64,000 bases of DNA from Pseudomonadota bacterium. GTDB lineage: Bacteria; Pseudomonadota; Alphaproteobacteria; SHVP01. Below, piece by piece: positions 20,608 through 29,935 of the stretch. The stretch is from contig JAQBYN010000002.1 in NCBI GenBank assembly GCA_027622715.1, forward strand, positions 82,464 through 146,463. The letters are read 5' to 3'. Both the position numbers and the translations under genes were made by a program. The notes under the pieces are model-generated. The model was not told the origin of the DNA. It did no database searches and worked only from the letters and a program-made list of their open reading frames with translations. Numbering within the stretch: position 1 is the stretch's first letter; each line of letters starts with the position of its first letter.

Positions 20608-21738
20608 ATGCCGCAAATCGGCCTGCACGACATGTACCCCGACGCCGCGCACGACGAGCAGTCGCGCCAGAACTTTATCCGCAATCTGCGCCTTCATGTT
20701 CTAGGCACTGTGCTCGGCGGGACCGCGACAGTGTACGAGGCGCGCGCGCGGCCGGCGTTTGAGCGGGCGCAAAAGCGACGACCCAAGAATGCCCGCGAGG
20801 CGTTCAACGCGATGCAGGGCGACGACTATGCCAAAACGTTCTCAGCGTTAAATCGCACCACACAAGAAATGCTTTACGACACGGTTGGGCCGTCAATCGC
20901 ACGGCAATTGCCTGACCTCATTGACAAGGCGGCCCGGCAAAAGCCCCTCGGCGTGTTGCGGCTCGATCCGTCGGTGGCCGTGCCGCGCTACAACGCGCGC
21001 GCCGACATTCACTGCAAGCCGGGCGGCTACCACAGCGAGATCGTGGCCGACGACCTGTTTGCCGGGGCGGAGTACGACCGGTCGATCAACGTCTATTTCT
21101 TCGGCACGTTGGGGCGCTACAACGAAGACATGGGCGCCTCGGTGGCGCATTGGTTGCGCGCCACCTATCCCGCGCTAAATCCCAAGCGCATTCTCGACAT
21201 GGGCTGCACCATCGGTCATTCGACCTTGCCCTACTGCGATGTTTATCCCGACGCCGAAATCCATGCCATCGACGTCGCCGCCCCGGTATTGCGCTATGGT
21301 CACGCCCGCGCCGAAGCGATGGGCCGGGCGGTGGATTTTTCGCAACAGAACGCCGAGGCCACGACCTTCGCCGCCGGGTCCTTCGACCTCGTCGTGTCCC
21401 ACCTGTTGCTGCATGAAACCTCGACCAGCGCGATGGGTCGAATTTTCAAAGAGTGCCACCGGTTACTGCGACCCGGTGGGCTGATGGTTCATCAGGACGG
21501 CGTTGGGTTCAAAGACGATCCCTTCGACGGCTATTTCACGGAGTGGCTGACCCACTACAACAACGAGCCGTTCTTGGGCACCTTGCAGCGCCTGGACTGG
21601 ACCGATATCGCCGCGAAAGCAGGCTTCACCCGCGCCAAAGCCTATGACAAGCGCGTCCCCAGCCAGCAGGAAAACGGCAACGCGACCCTGAGCAAGAAAG
21701 AGACCGGAACGCATTACGTTTTTGTTGCCGAGAAATAG
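20608..21738 (+). CDS. two-domain class I SAM-dependent methyltransferase, paralog of 11094-12257
   Basis: Collinear with the first copy: DIHCKPGGYHSE, LFAGAEYDRS, ILDMGCTIGHSTLPYCDVYPDAEIHAIDVAAP, DLVVSHLLLHETS. Confidence 0.8.
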   Translation: MPQIGLHDMYPDAAHDEQSRQNFIRNLRLHVLGTVLGGTATVYEARARPAFERAQKRRPKNAREAFNAMQGDDYAKTFSALNRTTQEMLYDTVGPSIARQLPDLIDKAARQKPLGVLRLDPSVAVPRYNARADIHCKPGGYHSEIVADDLFAGAEYDRSINVYFFGTLGRYNEDMGASVAHWLRATYPALNPKRILDMGCTIGHSTLPYCDVYPDAEIHAIDVAAPVLRYGHARAEAMGRAVDFSQQNAEATTFAAGSFDLVVSHLLLHETSTSAMGRIFKECHRLLRPGGLMVHQDGVGFKDDPFDGYFTEWLTHYNNEPFLGTLQRLDWTDIAAKAGFTRAKAYDKRVPSQQENGNATLSKKETGTHYVFVAEK

Positions 21739-21745
21739 CGGACGC

Positions 21746-22513
21746 TCAGTTTGCGGCGGCGAAGCTCCGATCCGGGCCGGTGGGCGTATCGGCGGCGATC
21801 TCTAGAATCAATTTGCGCTGCACGGCCTGGGCAAAGCTGAGTTCCTCGCCGGCCACCACAACAAATGCGCCGGCGCCGCCGATCACGACTTGGGCAAAAT
21901 AGTTTTCCAATGTGCCATAACCGCGGTTTGCGCCACCGGGGCGGCCCGAGCCTTGGCGCGCGATGGCCAAGCCATTGATGGTAACGCCGCTTTGCACGAC
22001 GGTATCGCGGGCCAGTTCAATTGGCACCCCACCAAAATTGCCCGCGTCCGCCGACACATCGATGATTTTTCGGTGCGAGGCAATATCGTTGTCGTGGATC
22101 AGGTCGGCCGCGTAGATCAACGCGTTTGAAATTGAGTTGTAGCCGAATGCCGCCCGCGGCGCGGCGATCAGCGCGTCGGCGAATTGGCGGGCGCTCCCAA
22201 GGTCGGCAATGATCCTCCAATCGACGATGGTGTGCTGCGAATCGGGCGCGCCCCATTCGACGTAGGCAACGGCAATGCGCCCGTTTGGACCGAACTGGAT
22301 GGCTTCGAGCACACGGGGATGCATCATGGCCAGGCCGTAGCCTTCGCGTTGCAGCCGCAATTCGTCGTCGTCGATCGACCCCGATCCGTCCGCGGCGAGA
22401 ACCAGTTCGAGATCGACCGCGCGTTTGTCCTGCGCCAGGGCAGGCGGTGCCAGGAAAACCGCCAGCGCAGCGAGGGCGACGAGCGGCACAAAGTGGCGGT
22501 ATGGTCGGGTCAT
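21746..22513 (-). CDS. DUF1194 (vWA-like) domain protein, secreted
   Basis: Signal peptide MTRPYRHFVPLVALAALAVFLAPPALA. DLELVLAADGSGSIDDDE MIDAS-like start, VAYVEWG, IDVSADAGN. ATG 22513 chosen over 22582. Confidence 0.75.
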   Translation of the reverse strand: MTRPYRHFVPLVALAALAVFLAPPALAQDKRAVDLELVLAADGSGSIDDDELRLQREGYGLAMMHPRVLEAIQFGPNGRIAVAYVEWGAPDSQHTIVDWRIIADLGSARQFADALIAAPRAAFGYNSISNALIYAADLIHDNDIASHRKIIDVSADAGNFGGVPIELARDTVVQSGVTINGLAIARQGSGRPGGANRGYGTLENYFAQVVIGGAGAFVVVAGEELSFAQAVQRKLILEIAADTPTGPDRSFAAAN

Positions 22514-22663
22514 CAAACCACCTGCGGCGGGTACGAGGCGCTCATTATCGCCTTTCGTGCGCCACGGACCAAGGCCGCGCAATCAAGGGCCAGATCGGCA
22601 TGCCGCGACGGTGGCAGCGAGGCCGTCTATACTGAATCCCCAGTGAGGCAACGCGGGGCCGCT

Positions 22664-22900
22664 ATGGCTGACGACAAGCCCGTCCGGGTAAAGGGATTCA
22701 ACGATCAGGTCGTGGCCGGCGGGCGCGCCCATCCGGTGATCGGCTGGATAGTCTTAGGCATGGGTATCGGCGGCGCGATCGGCGCGAGCAACGGTGCAAT
22801 GGGCGTCTCGCTCGGGCTCGGCGCCGCGATCGGTTTTGGCGTCGGTGTTTTTGTCACGCGGGGTCTGGCGCAGCGGCGCCGGCGGCGCGACGCGCAATAG
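22664..22900 (+). CDS. small Gly-rich membrane protein
   Basis: 78 aa with two Gly-zipper-like TM segments (IGWIVLGMGIGGAIGASNG, LGLGAAIGFGVGVFV) and a basic tail. Followed by a strong terminator. The upstream part of ORF 22184-22900 is antisense to the DUF1194 gene. Confidence 0.5.
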   Translation: MADDKPVRVKGFNDQVVAGGRAHPVIGWIVLGMGIGGAIGASNGAMGVSLGLGAAIGFGVGVFVTRGLAQRRRRRDAQ

Positions 22901-22935
22901 GGTCGGGCCCACGCCACCTGACAACGGGACAAGAA

Positions 22936-22970
22936 AAAGCCCGCAAGGCGCAAACCTTGCGGGCTTTGTT
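22936..22970. terminator. bidirectional rho-independent terminator
   Basis: AAAGCCCGCAAGG-cgcaaa-CCTTGCGGGCTTT with flanking A-run and T-run, between convergent genes. Confidence 0.8.
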
Positions 22971-22988
22971 TAGTCAGCGTGGCGGACG

Positions 22989-24530
22989 TTAGCCGCGCTT
23001 ACCGTCGAGGGTCACGTCTTTCCAGTTAATCAACCGGTTCACCGGTTTGTAGTCCTTGACGTAGCTCTTGACGGCGTCGAGATCGACTGAGTCAAACAGA
23101 AACATCGACGCGGCTTGGTCGTGGTAGGTCTGTGCGATCTTCTTCAACAGCACGCGACGCTTGGCCGGATCGAATTCCTGGTTCGCCGCATCGATCGTCG
23201 GTTGCAGGTCCGGGAAGCACGTCCACTTCATCGGTGAATTGCAAGAATGCAGGCCGTTGATGGAACGCATGATGTCCATCGTCGGCTCGGAACCGTAATT
23301 AAAGCTGAACACGGTCGCATCCTCGAACTTCGAGGTATCACGAACCCGGCCGATCAGGTCGGGCAACGTGATGGCGCGGACTTCGAAGTCCACACCAATC
23401 TTCTTCAATTCATCGCCGACGAATTGAACGATGTCCTTCCAGTCGCCCTGGGCGGTTACCGATTCGCCGATAATCTTCAGACCGTTGCCGTAGCCGGCCT
23501 CGGCCAACAACGCGCGGGCCTTAGCGGGGTCGTACGGATAGGGCTTGATATCCTCAAAGTAGCCGTTGATCGACGGCGTGCCGGGCTGACCGGTAACATT
23601 GGTCGTGCCCTGCATAACGACATCGACGAACTGCTGCATATTGATGCCGTGGTTGAGCGCTTGACGCACCCGAACATCCGCAACCGGAACACCCGGCCGG
23701 TTCGAGAAGAAATGCAGAATGGTGATGGCGGTGCCGGGGTTGACCTGCAACCGGCCCTTGGATGCCTCAATTTTTGCCTTGTTATCGGCGACCAGTTGGA
23801 ACGCGAGATCAACCTGGTCGGATTCGAAGGCCTGAACACGCGCCGGTAGTTCCGGCAAGAAACGGAACTCGATCCGATCCATTTTGCCGACCTGCCAACC
23901 CTGATCGTTGCGCTCAACGACGACGCCGTCGTTGGTCCAACTGACCGTCTTGTAGGGACCGGTGCCGTTCGGGTTCTTACCGAGGCCTTCGAATGTCACA
24001 TCTTGCAGATGCTGCCAGTCGAGAACCTTGATCACGCCCAGCGTCGAGGGCAGCAGCGGATCGGGCTTCTTGGTTGAAATCTCGACGGTATGATCGTCAA
24101 TGACCCTGGCGCTGGCAACATTGCGCGTGTTGCGCGTGATGCTCGCCGCCTTCGCTATGCCGTCCGGGGAGGCTAGCCAGTTGATGACTTGGGCAACGTC
24201 TTCGGCGGTGAAGTCGTTTCCGTTGTGGAATTTGACACCATCGCGGAGCTTGAAGGTCCACTTGGTTTTATCGGCGTCGTTGACGGTCCATGAGGTCAGC
24301 AGCTCCGGGATCGGGCCGTTCTTGTCGCTCGTGGTGTACAGATGGTACGCCGTGCGAAAGACGAAGCCGCCGGAATGTGACGTGTCGAGAAACGGGTTGC
24401 CGAGGCCGGCGGGCAGACTGCTGTGACCGACGATCAGCGTCTTGGACATGTCGGCGGCGCCGGCCTGCGACATGCCAAACAGGGCACCCGCCGCAACCGC
24501 ACCGACCAAAAGTTTTTTGAATGAGCTCAT
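22989..24530 (-). CDS. ABC transporter substrate-binding protein, family 5 (DppA/OppA-like)
   Basis: 513 aa with signal peptide MSSFKKLLVGAVAAGALFGMSQAGA and overall family-5 SBP layout. No permease or ATPase genes adjacent. Confidence 0.8.
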   Translation of the reverse strand: MSSFKKLLVGAVAAGALFGMSQAGAADMSKTLIVGHSSLPAGLGNPFLDTSHSGGFVFRTAYHLYTTSDKNGPIPELLTSWTVNDADKTKWTFKLRDGVKFHNGNDFTAEDVAQVINWLASPDGIAKAASITRNTRNVASARVIDDHTVEISTKKPDPLLPSTLGVIKVLDWQHLQDVTFEGLGKNPNGTGPYKTVSWTNDGVVVERNDQGWQVGKMDRIEFRFLPELPARVQAFESDQVDLAFQLVADNKAKIEASKGRLQVNPGTAITILHFFSNRPGVPVADVRVRQALNHGINMQQFVDVVMQGTTNVTGQPGTPSINGYFEDIKPYPYDPAKARALLAEAGYGNGLKIIGESVTAQGDWKDIVQFVGDELKKIGVDFEVRAITLPDLIGRVRDTSKFEDATVFSFNYGSEPTMDIMRSINGLHSCNSPMKWTCFPDLQPTIDAANQEFDPAKRRVLLKKIAQTYHDQAASMFLFDSVDLDAVKSYVKDYKPVNRLINWKDVTLDGKRG

Positions 24531-24704
24531 TGTTGAGCTTCCTCCCTGTGAGTAAGTGGACCCAAGGTGAACTATACACCACCTATGGGCCAGGGCGAGT
24601 GGGGGGATGACCGCAAAACAGCCATTATTGTGCTCGGGCGGGGCTCGGCTCGGCGCCCGGCGGCGTTGACTTGGACGCCCGAAGCCCCTACGAAACCGCC
24701 TCGT

Positions 24705-24780
24705 GGAGCCCGTAGCTCAGCTGGTAGAGCAATTGACTTTTAATCAATGGGTCGCCGGTTCGAACCCGGCCGGGCTCACC
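24705..24780 (+). tRNA. tRNA-Lys (anticodon UUU)
   Basis: 76-nt cloverleaf. Acceptor GAGCCCG/CGGGCTC, D-arm TAGCTCAGCTGGTAGAGCA, anticodon loop CTTTTAA, T-arm GCCGG-TTCGAAC-CCGGC, encoded CCA. Confidence 0.93.
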
Positions 24781-24797
24781 AATTATTTCAAGCACTT

Positions 24798-24841
24798 ACC
24801 CGTCCTTGGTCAGAGAACAGACCAAGGACGGTGGACTTTTT
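24798..24841 (+). terminator. rho-independent terminator after tRNA-Lys
   Basis: CCGTCCTTGGTC-agagaaca-GACCAAGGACGG, with a T-run (GACTTTTT) starting a few nt further on. Confidence 0.7.
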
Positions 24842-24949
24842 GGAGTTTACCGCGGTGGACTTTGTATCTTCGCGGGCCGCGCATCCGCCTGTTAGGAAAA
24901 GTCGCCGAACGCTGGCGGCTCATGCACAATGCTCGGGTGATCGCGCCAA

Positions 24950-26170
24950 TTGAGCCCCGATAATCGGCCGATGGTTGAAATGACACACACACTTTTCTCC
25001 GGCGGGAATGTCTTCGACGGGCGCGAGATGCGTTCGGGGTTGGGCGTCCTAATGGCGGGCCGCAATATCACTGCCGTCTCAACCGCGGAGTCTTTCGCTG
25101 GGTTCGACGGACTGACGATCGATACGACCGGCATGACCTTGATGCCGGGGATGATCGACGCCCATGTCCACCTCGCCTTCGACGCGAGCGAGACCCCCGA
25201 CGGCAAATTGTCGGACGACGACAGCGCCGGTCTTGAGGCGGCGGTCGCGTCGCGCGCCCTAGTATCCTTGCAAGCGGGTTTTGTCGCCTTACGTGATTGT
25301 GGCGGCCCGGGGACTACTGAATTCACGATTCGAGACGCCATCCGGCGCGGCGATCAAGCCGGTCCGGTGATCCAGGCGTGCGGTCAGATGATCCGCAAAG
25401 CGCTCAACGGCTTTGGCGACAAAGTGGCCTACGCGGCAACAAGTGATAGCGATGTGCCCGACGCGGTCCGCGCCGTCGCCGCGACCGGGGCGGACTTCAT
25501 CAATATCATGACGACGATTGACGCAACCGCGTGTGGCCAACCGGACCGACCGGCCTACAGTGCCGACGCCGTGCAACGCGGTGTCGACGCGGCACGTGCG
25601 CTTGGCCTAAGAACAATCAGCAACGCTCAATGCGCGGAAGATGTGGTGGCAGCCGCGGCCGCGGGCGTCGCCTCGGTAGAGCAGGGCAGTCGCCTGAATG
25701 CAGCCGGCATCGACGCCATGATCGCGAACGATGTCGTCCTGGTCCCAATCCTTCTCGCGCGGCAAAATATTGACGATGCGCGAATCGCGCGTGGCGGTTC
25801 ACCGGCCGCAATCGACGCCGCCGCCGAACTGGCAGCACAGACCCGCGAGGCGGCGCGTCGGTTTGTTTGGGCTGGCGGAAAATTGGCGCTCGGCACGGAT
25901 TGCGGTGCGCCAGGCAGTGCGCATGGCACCAACGGTGCAGAACTATTGTTGCTCGCCGAAGCCGGGCTTGCGCCGCTCGATATCTTGCGAGCGGCAACGC
26001 TCAATGGCGCTGATCTAATGGGACTGCATGATCCTGGGCGCATCGAGCAGGGCGCCCGGGCCAGCCTGCTGCTGGTCGCCGGTGATCCAACCCGCAACAT
26101 TCGGGCCGTGGCCGAAACCACGCATCATCACGGCGTATGGCACGACGGTAAGCGCTTGCCCGCACGCTAA
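24950..26170 (+). CDS. metal-dependent amidohydrolase family protein
   Basis: MPGMIDAHVHLAF metal-binding motif and C-terminal LLLVAGDP. The start could be ATG 24971 or 24980 (MTHTLFSGGNVFDG). Confidence 0.8.
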   Translation: MSPDNRPMVEMTHTLFSGGNVFDGREMRSGLGVLMAGRNITAVSTAESFAGFDGLTIDTTGMTLMPGMIDAHVHLAFDASETPDGKLSDDDSAGLEAAVASRALVSLQAGFVALRDCGGPGTTEFTIRDAIRRGDQAGPVIQACGQMIRKALNGFGDKVAYAATSDSDVPDAVRAVAATGADFINIMTTIDATACGQPDRPAYSADAVQRGVDAARALGLRTISNAQCAEDVVAAAAAGVASVEQGSRLNAAGIDAMIANDVVLVPILLARQNIDDARIARGGSPAAIDAAAELAAQTREAARRFVWAGGKLALGTDCGAPGSAHGTNGAELLLLAEAGLAPLDILRAATLNGADLMGLHDPGRIEQGARASLLLVAGDPTRNIRAVAETTHHHGVWHDGKRLPAR

Positions 26171-26526
26171 ACTAGGCCGAATTCTCCGACGCCAGCAGCG
26201 AGATCATCAGCGTTCTTGGCCGTGCCGAGGGCAGGCGGATCGCAAGGTCGCAACTATGGTGCCCCACCACTAACTGTACGCCCGGTAACCACCGCCGTCG
26301 CTGAACGTGAGAATGCGGTGTCGGGCGTTGCCCGTAATCTGCGGCGTGGGCCCAAAACGCGCCTGAATATCCATTCTGCATCACGATATTCCCCAATACC
26401 GAATTGTGTCTTGGAGCATATGGGGCGCCGGCGTTTGCTGACCAGTGACGGGCATCACGCAGGCGTGACGCTGCCTAGAAGAACCCGTCGCGGTGTGACG
26501 ACCGACACCTTGCGGCGGAGGGCGGC

Positions 26527-26883
26527 CTAACGCTTCTTCCCGAACACCTGGTCCCAGTTGTTCCGGTAACGGCGGGAAACCGGCTTTTGACCTTCGCCGC
26601 GGCTATAGCTCTCGGCGGGGTCTTTGGCATCATCTGCCTTGTCGGTCTTCGCATCTGGCGCGGGCTTCTCGGCGCTGGTTTCAGCCTTAGCCGTGCTGTC
26701 GGTCTTCGGCGTCGTTTCGGTTTTGGTCGGCCCCTCGGTTTTGGCTTTGCCGTCGGTTTTGCTCTTGCTCTCGGCTTTCGCCGGAGTCTCGGCCTTGCTC
26801 GGGCCGGTTTCAACCTTGGGGCTAGGGGCGGGCTTGGTCTTGGGTTCGGTCATATTCATTCTGGCAGTTGCTGATTGTGGCAT
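26527..26883 (-). CDS. low-complexity Lys/Thr/Glu/Pro-rich protein with a conserved-looking basic C-terminus
   Basis: Degenerate K-[TA]-E/D-x repeats (KAETPAKAESKSKTDGKAKTEGPTKTETTPKTD...) ending in YSRGEGQKPVSRRYRNNWDQVFGKKR. The start is ambiguous (three in-frame Met within the first 11 codons). Confidence 0.5.
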   Translation of the reverse strand: MPQSATARMNMTEPKTKPAPSPKVETGPSKAETPAKAESKSKTDGKAKTEGPTKTETTPKTDSTAKAETSAEKPAPDAKTDKADDAKDPAESYSRGEGQKPVSRRYRNNWDQVFGKKR

Positions 26884-26973
26884 GGCCGCGCTGACGACCG
26901 CCTATGGCTGCATCAAATAGCGAAAACGCGAACGCGCTGCAACGGGCCTCAGGCGGTTGGCTAACGCCGCACC

Positions 26974-27864
26974 TTACTCGGCGGCTTCGTCGGTCTTCGC
27001 CCGCGCCCAGCGCGCATCGAAATCCCACACGTCCGGGAACCCCATCATCGTATGCATGTCGGCGAAGACTGGCGTCGGGTTGTCGATCAACGTCCGCTTT
27101 TCCTTGAGGTAGCGGTAGGACGAATCGATCGCGGCCGCCGCCACCTTGTGCGCGGCCCCAGGATAGATCGCCACTGCGAACCCCAGTTCTTTGAGCTCGT
27201 CCGCCGGCATCTCCGGGGTGCGGCCCGCCTGCACCACATTCATGAACAGACGCGTCTTCTTGGCCAGCGCGGCGGCAATGGTTCGAATCTCATCGTGGCT
27301 TTCCGGGCTTTCGACAAAGATCAGATCGGCGCCGGCCCCGGCATAGGCCGCGCCGCGGCGGATCGCTTCGTCCAGACCAAGGTGGGTGCGCGCGTCGGTC
27401 CGCGCGACGATCAATGTGTCAGGGCTACGCCGCGCTTCCAGCGCGACTTGAATCTTGAGGACCATCTCGTCAACCGGGATGACCTCGCGCCCCAACGTAT
27501 GCCCGCATTTCTTGGGCGAGACTTGATCCTCCATCTGGATGCCGCAGGCGCCGGCCTCTTCATAACCGCGCACCGTATGGGCGACGTTTAGGAGGCCGCC
27601 ATAGCCGGTGTCGGCATCGGCGATCAGCGGAGTCTCTGTGCCGCTGGCGATCTGGCGCACCCGGCCAACCATGTCGGTATAGGTCGCAAGACCCGCATCG
27701 GGCAGCCCGAGATGTGACGCCACCGTGCCATAGCCGGTCATGTATAGGGCCTGAAATCCCAAGCGGTCGGCGAGCCGCGCCGAGATCATATCGTACACGC
27801 CCGGGGCAATGATGAATTCGCCGCTGCGCACGGCGCGCGCCAGGCGCTGTCTCTTTTCGCTCAT
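26974..27864 (-). CDS. isocitrate lyase / PEP mutase superfamily protein (methylisocitrate- or dimethylmalate-lyase-like)
   Basis: IADADTGYGG, MEDQVSPKKCGH (the K-[KR]-CGH signature), IVARTDA. Confidence 0.85.
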   Translation of the reverse strand: MSEKRQRLARAVRSGEFIIAPGVYDMISARLADRLGFQALYMTGYGTVASHLGLPDAGLATYTDMVGRVRQIASGTETPLIADADTGYGGLLNVAHTVRGYEEAGACGIQMEDQVSPKKCGHTLGREVIPVDEMVLKIQVALEARRSPDTLIVARTDARTHLGLDEAIRRGAAYAGAGADLIFVESPESHDEIRTIAAALAKKTRLFMNVVQAGRTPEMPADELKELGFAVAIYPGAAHKVAAAAIDSSYRYLKEKRTLIDNPTPVFADMHTMMGFPDVWDFDARWARAKTDEAAE

Positions 27865-27879
27865 GTCGATCGTCCTTTT

Positions 27880-28497
27880 CTAGGTTCGGGCGAACAACCA
27901 GGGATGCCGCTTGCCAAATCCGTCCTCGAACGCGCTTATTTCCGCCTCGTGCTCAAAGGTCATGCCGATGTCATCCAGACCCTTTAGCAACGATGTCTTG
28001 CGAAACGATTCGATATCGAACGCATGACTCGTACCGTCAGGCGCGATCACGGTCTGTTTCTCCAGATCGACCGAGATCGTTGCGCCGGGTTTGTCATGCA
28101 GCTGGTCGCGAATTGCCTTCACGACATCTTCAGGCAAGCGCACCGGCAGCAGGCCGTTCTTCAACGAATTGTTGTAGAAAATATCGCCGAAGCTCGACGC
28201 CACGACGCACCGGATGCCGTAGTCGAGCAGCGCCCAAGGCGCCCCCTCGCGGCTGGACCCACCGCCAAAATTGCGGTCGGCGACGATGATGTGGGCGTCC
28301 TTGTAGGCCGGTTGATTAAGCACGAAGTCCGGGTTCGGGGTTCCGTCATCCTTCAGGCGCTGATCGATAAACAAAACATCGCCGAACCCCTCCGCACGGG
28401 GCCGCCGTAGGAAACGCGCCGGCAACAGCTGGTCGGTGTCGATGTTGGGCCGGTCCATCGGCGCGGCCACCGCCGTCAACGTGGTGAACTTTTCCAT
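27880..28497 (-). CDS. 3-isopropylmalate dehydratase small subunit family (LeuD-like)
   Basis: NIDTDQLLPARFL, NFGGGSSREGAPWALLDYG and FGDIFYNNSLKNGLLPV are collinear with E. coli LeuD. Confidence 0.85.
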   Translation of the reverse strand: MEKFTTLTAVAAPMDRPNIDTDQLLPARFLRRPRAEGFGDVLFIDQRLKDDGTPNPDFVLNQPAYKDAHIIVADRNFGGGSSREGAPWALLDYGIRCVVASSFGDIFYNNSLKNGLLPVRLPEDVVKAIRDQLHDKPGATISVDLEKQTVIAPDGTSHAFDIESFRKTSLLKGLDDIGMTFEHEAEISAFEDGFGKRHPWLFART

Positions 28498-28500
28498 GGC

Positions 28501-29907
28501 TCAACCTTTCTGCGCGAAGCTGCGCACATCGGTGAAGCGACCGGTTAGTGCCGCCGCCGCCGCCATCGCTGGGCTCATGAGGTGGGTGCGGGCGCCCTTG
28601 CCCTGACGGCCCGGGAAGTTGCGGTTTGAGGTGGACGCGCAGCGTTCGCCCGCTGCAACCAGATCGCCGTTCATGCCGACGCACATCGAGCAGCCCGATT
28701 CGCGCCATTCGAACCCCGCTTTGCGGAATATTTCGTCCAACCCTTCTTTCTCGGCTTGGAGTTTCACCAGGGTCGAGCCCGGCGAAATCATCGCCGGTAC
28801 TTTCGCGGTGCCTTGGCGGGCAACCTCGGCGACGGCGCGCAAATCTTCGATCCGCGAGTTGGTACACGATCCAATGAAAACCCTATCCACCGGCACGTCC
28901 TCCAGTTTGGTCCCCGGTTTGAGGCCGATGTAGTCGAGCGTCGCTTGCATCGCCTGGCGGCGTTCGGGGTTGGTTTCCTTGTCTGGATCGGGGACGCTGC
29001 CGGTGATCGGCAGCGCGTCTTCGGGGCTGGTCCCCCAAGTCAACATCGGTGCGAAGGTCGCGGCGTCCATCCGGACCTCGCGGCTAAACGTGGCATCGGC
29101 GTCGGAGGGCAGGGCGCGCCATTGATCCAGCGCCATTTCCCAGTCTTTGCCCTTAGGCGCGAATGGTCGCCCTTCGACATAGCTGAACGTCGTTTCATCG
29201 GGCGCAATGATACCGGCGCGCGCACCGGCCTCGATCGACATGTTGCACACCGTTAGGCGCTCCTCGATCGTCAACGCACGGATCGCGGCACCGGCGTACT
29301 CCACGACATGTCGGGCCGCGCCATTGGCGCCGATCTCGGCAATGATGGACAAGATGATGTCCTTCGCGGTAACCCCAAATGGCCGCTCGCCGTCAACCGT
29401 GACCCGCATCGCGTCGGGCTTGCGTTGCCACGTCGTTTGCGTTGCCAAGACGTGGAAGACGTCCGATGCGCCAATGCCGAACGCCAGCGCACCCAGCGCG
29501 CCGTGTGTCGAGGTATGCGAATCACCGCACACCATGACGAGCCCCGGCAGCGTGATGCCTTGCTCGGGGCCAACAACGTGCACGATCCCTTGACGCGAAT
29601 CGCCCAGGTCGAACAGCGTCACGTTGTGGTTGGCCGCGTTGCGCGTCAGGGTTTCGACCGCGCGTCGTTGCATCGGGTCGGTGATATCCTCCAGTTTATG
29701 ACTGGTCGTCGGCACACCGTGGTCGGGCGTCGCGAATGTCAGTTCAGGACGGCGGACCTTGAGGCCGCGCTTTTCGAGAAAGCCGAACGCATGCCCCGAG
29801 CCATCGTGCGCCAAATGGCGACCGATATAGAGCAAGGTGTAGCCGTCCTCGGTGGTGTGCACCGCGTGGTCGTTCCAAATCTTTTCGAAGAGTGTCTTGC
29901 CGCTCAT
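28501..29907 (-). CDS. 3-isopropylmalate dehydratase large subunit family (LeuC-like, divergent substrate motif)
   Basis: GIVHVVGPEQG, VCGDSHTSTHGALGALAFGIG, GSCTNSRIEDL, ASTSNRNFPGRQG. Start ATG 29907 (MSGKTLFEKIW). The usual HEVTSPQAF motif reads HDGSGHAFGF here. Confidence 0.85.
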   Translation of the reverse strand: MSGKTLFEKIWNDHAVHTTEDGYTLLYIGRHLAHDGSGHAFGFLEKRGLKVRRPELTFATPDHGVPTTSHKLEDITDPMQRRAVETLTRNAANHNVTLFDLGDSRQGIVHVVGPEQGITLPGLVMVCGDSHTSTHGALGALAFGIGASDVFHVLATQTTWQRKPDAMRVTVDGERPFGVTAKDIILSIIAEIGANGAARHVVEYAGAAIRALTIEERLTVCNMSIEAGARAGIIAPDETTFSYVEGRPFAPKGKDWEMALDQWRALPSDADATFSREVRMDAATFAPMLTWGTSPEDALPITGSVPDPDKETNPERRQAMQATLDYIGLKPGTKLEDVPVDRVFIGSCTNSRIEDLRAVAEVARQGTAKVPAMISPGSTLVKLQAEKEGLDEIFRKAGFEWRESGCSMCVGMNGDLVAAGERCASTSNRNFPGRQGKGARTHLMSPAMAAAAALTGRFTDVRSFAQKG

Positions 29908-29935
29908 CGAGGGTCCTTCTTGTTGGGGCCGTTGG

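Noticed and set aside
26171-26526. 356-bp gap with short ORFs (26172-26396 minus, 26216-26530 plus, and a 34-codon frame MDIQARFGPTPQITGNARHRILTFSDGGGYRAYS)
   Set aside because: None has a recognisable motif, an RBS or a plausible length. It may be a decayed gene remnant or a long 3'/5' UTR, but I cannot support a call.
27880-29907. Calling these genes the housekeeping leuC/leuD
   Set aside because: Overall similarity to LeuCD is high, so this remains possible. However, the operon partners (a deacylase-like amidohydrolase and an ICL-family lyase), the absence of leuB and the altered HEVTSPQAF segment argue for a paralogous function. I therefore left the gene symbols blank.
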